Source of the DNA: an uncultured delta proteobacterium
GTDB lineage: Bacteria > Myxococcota_A > Polyangia > Fen-1088
NCBI GenBank assembly: GCA_963767925.1
Contig: CAVYGB010000008.1
Location: 1,536,001 to 1,600,000 of the forward strand
Reading direction: 5' to 3'
Length of the DNA: 64,000 nucleotides
Notes under the pieces: generated by a model
The model's input: the letters and a program-made list of their open reading frames with translations, nothing else
Databases searched by the model: none
What the model was told of the DNA's origin: nothing
Program-made: the position numbers and the translations under genes
Part shown: positions 60,134-64,000 of the stretch, in pieces
How the letters are laid out: every line of letters starts with the position of its first letter
Position numbering within the stretch: the first letter of the stretch is position 1

Positions 60134-62587
60134 TCAGCGGATCTGGATGGCGAGCTTTCCCGAGAGGCTGGCGACCACGCGCGCGTGGGCGGCGTCCGCG
60201 TCCGCGTCCGTCAGTGTCCGGTCCTCCGCCCGATAGGTCATGCTCCACAACATCCCCTTCTTGCCGGAGGGCGCGTAGCGCGGGTCGCGAAAGTCCTCGC
60301 GCACCTGCAGGTCGGCCAGCAACGCCTCGCTGGCCGAGTGGAAGGCCGCGCGTTGCTCGGCCGACGAGACGGCCGTGTCGATCCAGAACGACAGATCGCG
60401 GGTGATGGCCGGAAAGCGCGGTGGGGCAACGCTACGCACGGCGCTGGCCGAACCGGCCAGCCGGTCGAGGTCGAGCTCGGCAAAAAACCCACGGCGCTCG
60501 ATCCCGAGCCGTCGCGCCGTCAGCGGGTGCAGCTCCCCGGCGCAGCCCAGCCGCACGCCTCCGGCCAGCTCGAGCGCAGCAGAGACGCCCGGGTGCAGGA
60601 AAGGAAAGGCGTCGCTGGGGAGGAACGCCGGCTCGCAGCCGAAGCCCGCGCACACGCCGAGCACGACCCGCTTGAGGTCGAAGAAATCCAGGGGCTCGCC
60701 CGGCTTGAGCCAGCCCCCTGCTCGCCCGGTCATCAGGACGCCGAGCCGTTCGATCTGCAGCGGCTCGGCGGCGGGCTCGCCGCCGAGCCCGCGCTGAACG
60801 ACGGGTCCCACCTCGAAGAGTCGGACATCCTCGAGCCCCCGTGACAGGTTGCGGGCCAGCGCATCGGCCAGGCCGGGGAGCAAGGAGGTCCGCATGACCT
60901 CGTAGTCGGCCGAGATCGGGTTCTTCACCCCGATGGCTTCCGCCAGGCCGGGTCGATCGCCAGCGATCGCGGCGAGGCGCGCGCGGGGGACGAAGCCCCA
61001 GCTCACGATCTCCGACAGGCCGCAGCCCGCGAGCAGGTCCCTGGCCCGGTGAGCGGACGCCTCGGGGCTGGGGCCGGGGTGGGCGTTGGCCAGGACCCGC
61101 TCGATCCGCGCCTCGGACTCGTAGTGCCGGCCCAGGCGGAGGATCTCCTCGACCAGATCCTCGGGCACGACGAGGTCCGGCCGGAAGCTGGGCACGTCGA
61201 GGACGACCTTGGCGGCGTCTCCCGTGCCCACCACGGCCACCCTGGGTGGGCCGGAAGGGCCCGGCTCGTCGGCGATCTTGGCGAGCTCCCGGGCGGCCGC
61301 CTGGCCATCGAGCGGCAAGCCGGAGAGGCGGCGGAGCTGGGCCACCGACACCTCGGCCTGGCGCCGCGCCGCGGGACGGGGGTAGCGATCGACAACCCGA
61401 CCCGAGACCGCGCCGCCGCCGAGCGCGGCGATCAGACCGGGCCGCACGTTCGGCGGCCAGCGGGATCCCCTCGGGATCGACCCCTCGCTCGAACCGATAG
61501 GACGCTTCGGAGAGCAGGCCCAGCCGCTTGGAGGTCGCGCCGGATGCTGCGCGGGTCGAAGGTGGCGGCCTCCAGCAACACGTTGCGGGTCGCCGCCGAG
61601 ACCTCGCTGCCCGCGCCGCCCATGACACCGGCCAGCGCCACCGGCCCCCGCTCGTCCGCGATCACGATGTCGTCCGCCTCGAGCGGGCGCTCGATCCCGT
61701 CGAGCGTGGTCATCACCGCGCCCGGGCCGGCCCGGCGCACCGTGATCCCGCCCTGGAGCTTGTCGAGGTCGAAGGCGTGCAGGGGATGCCCCAGCTCGAG
61801 CAGGACGTAGTTGGTCACGTCGACGAGGTTGCTGATCGGCCGGATCCCGCAATACGCCAGCCGCAGGCGGATGGGCAGCGGGCTCGGCCCCAGGGTCACG
61901 CCGCTGACGACGCGCGCCTGGTAGCGGGGACAAGCGCTCTCGTCCGCGATGCGCACGTCCCGGGACGGGCCCTCCCCGTTCGCCGGGTCGCCGCCCGGGC
62001 GCCGGCGCCCGGACCCGGGCGCCGAAGGCCGCCGCCAGCTCGCGGGCTATCCCGAGGTGGCTGAGGGCGTCGGCCCGGTTGGGCGTCACGTTCACCTCGA
62101 GCACGTCGTCGGCCACCCCGAAGTGGTCGGCGAACCCGACCCCGGTGGGATCCGAAGGCGACAGAATCAGGATTCCGTCACCTTGCTCGCTCAGGCCGAG
62201 CTCGACCTCGCTGCACAACATCCCGGGCGACAGGACGCCTCGCACCTCGCGGGCCTCGATGGTCCGGTTGCCGGGCAGACGGGCCCCGGGGGCGGCCCAG
62301 ACCACGCGGTTACCGGCCGGGGGCACGTTGGCGGCGCCACAGACCACCTCCTCCTCCCGACCGCCGGCCCGCACGCGCACGAGGCGGAGCTTGTCTGCGC
62401 CCGGGTGGGGTCTCAGCGCCAGCACCTCGGCGACCAGCACGCCTCCCAGGGAGCGGCCCTTCTCCTCGACGCTCTCCACCTCCAGCCCCAAGCTGGTGAG
62501 GGCCTGGGCTGCCTCCCCTGCATCGAGGGCGGCCACCCGGTCCGAGCCAGGAACGAGCTCCTTGAGCCAGCGCAGCGAAACTTTCAA
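60134..62587 (-). CDS. pheT: Phenylalanine--tRNA ligase beta subunit (three compensating +1 indels near 61996, 61537 and 61439)
   Basis: 'HPGADKL', 'CGAAN', 'TPNRAD', 'MRTSLLPGL', 'RDLSF'; B3/4 domain text ('NLVDVTNYV', 'SEASYRFERG') sits in the other two frames. Confidence 0.93.
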   Translation of the reverse strand: MKVSLRWLKELVPGSDRVAALDAGEAAQALTSLGLEVESVEEKGRSLGGVLVAEVLALRPHPGADKLRLVRVRAGGREEEVVCGAANVPPAGNRVVWAAPGARLPGNRTIEAREVRGVLSPGMLCSEVELGLSEQGDGILILSPSDPTGVGFADHFGVADDVLEVNVTPNRADALSHLGIARELAAAFGARVRAPAPGRRPGERGGPVPGRAHRGRERLSPLPGARRQRRDPGAEPAAHPPAAGVLRDPADQQPRRRDQLRPARAGASPARLRPRQAPGRDHGAPGRPGRGDDHARRDRAPARGGRHRDRGRAGAGGAGRCHGRRGQRGLGGDPQRVAGGRHLRPAQHPARPPSGWACSPKRPIGSSEGSIPRGSRWPPNVRPGLIAALGGGAVSGRVVDRYPRPAARRQAEVSVAQLRRLSGLPLDGQAAARELAKIADEPGPSGPPRVAVVGTGDAAKVVLDVPSFRPDLVVPEDLVEEILRLGRHYESEARIERVLANAHPGPSPEASAHRARDLLAGCGLSEIVSWGFVPRARLAAIAGDRPGLAEAIGVKNPISADYEVMRTSLLPGLADALARNLSRGLEDVRLFEVGPVVQRGLGGEPAAEPLQIERLGVLMTGRAGGWLKPGEPLDFFDLKRVVLGVCAGFGCEPAFLPSDAFPFLHPGVSAALELAGGVRLGCAGELHPLTARRLGIERRGFFAELDLDRLAGSASAVRSVAPPRFPAITRDLSFWIDTAVSSAEQRAAFHSASEALLADLQVREDFRDPRYAPSGKKGMLWSMTYRAEDRTLTDADADAAHARVVASLSGKLAIQIR

Positions 62588-62596
62588 TTTCGGACC

Positions 62597-63671
<1,075 letters not shown>

Positions 63672-63672
<1 letters not shown>

Positions 63673-64000
63673 CAGGCCGCGGCGCGCGCGGCCTCGACCA
63701 CACTCTTGAAGGCGGTCGGATCGCTGATGGCGAGATCCGCGAGGATCTTGCGGTCCAGGCCGATCCCGGCCTTGTCGAGCGAAGCGACGAGCTTGGAGTA
63801 CGAGATGCCGTGCTCCCGCGCGGCAGCATTGATGCGGACGATCCACAGGCGCGGAAGTCCCCCTTCCGCTTGCGGCGATGGAAGAAGGCATACCGCCACT
63901 TGCGATGAACCGCCTCAACCGCCGCTTTCCAGAGCTTGGAGCGTCCTCCGCGGAATCCCTTGGCGTGTTTACGAATACGGTTGCGGCGGTGACGGGTCTT
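63672..64000 (-). CDS. rplT: 50S ribosomal protein L20 (5'-truncated; 1-nt indel near 63850)
   Basis: 'AKGFRGGRS...RRKRKGDFR' joins '[11 protein letters not shown]...[10 protein letters not shown]'. Confidence 0.92.

Overview
Very GC-rich bacterial chromosomal segment. Gene content (Hanks-type Ser/Thr kinases, futalosine menaquinone genes, rplT-pheS-pheT-ihfA-merR-tRNA-Pro-surE-nlpD synteny, Cys/Gly-rich lipoproteins) points to a myxobacterium-like organism; this is inference. Single-base frameshifts in essential genes (pheT, pheS, rplT) show that the assembly carries indel errors, so single frameshifts are not treated as pseudogenes here. Layout: (1) 1-19.4 kb holds mqnD/mqnB, a kinase-lipoprotein-porin-cupredoxin operon, a Gld-like ABC system, and cheR plus a hybrid histidine kinase. 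(2) About 19.4-38 kb is a plastic zone centred on a 28-bp XerCD dif-like site at 22595-22622. A stack of decayed IS1202/ISNCY-family elements begins 6 bp from its XerC arm, carries cargo genes, and is surrounded by many deleted gene relics. (3) 44.9-51.8 kb is a candidate lipid-carrier protein-glycosylation operon (fcl, gmd, rfbD, Ppm1-like, GT-C-like, TMTC-like). (4) 53-64 kb is housekeeping: tRNA-Arg, msrPQ, dtd, nlpD, surE, tRNA-Pro, ihfA, pheST and rplT. The dif-targeted IS stack is the most notable feature not shown by the ORF track. Family assignments come from recalled motifs, not database searches.
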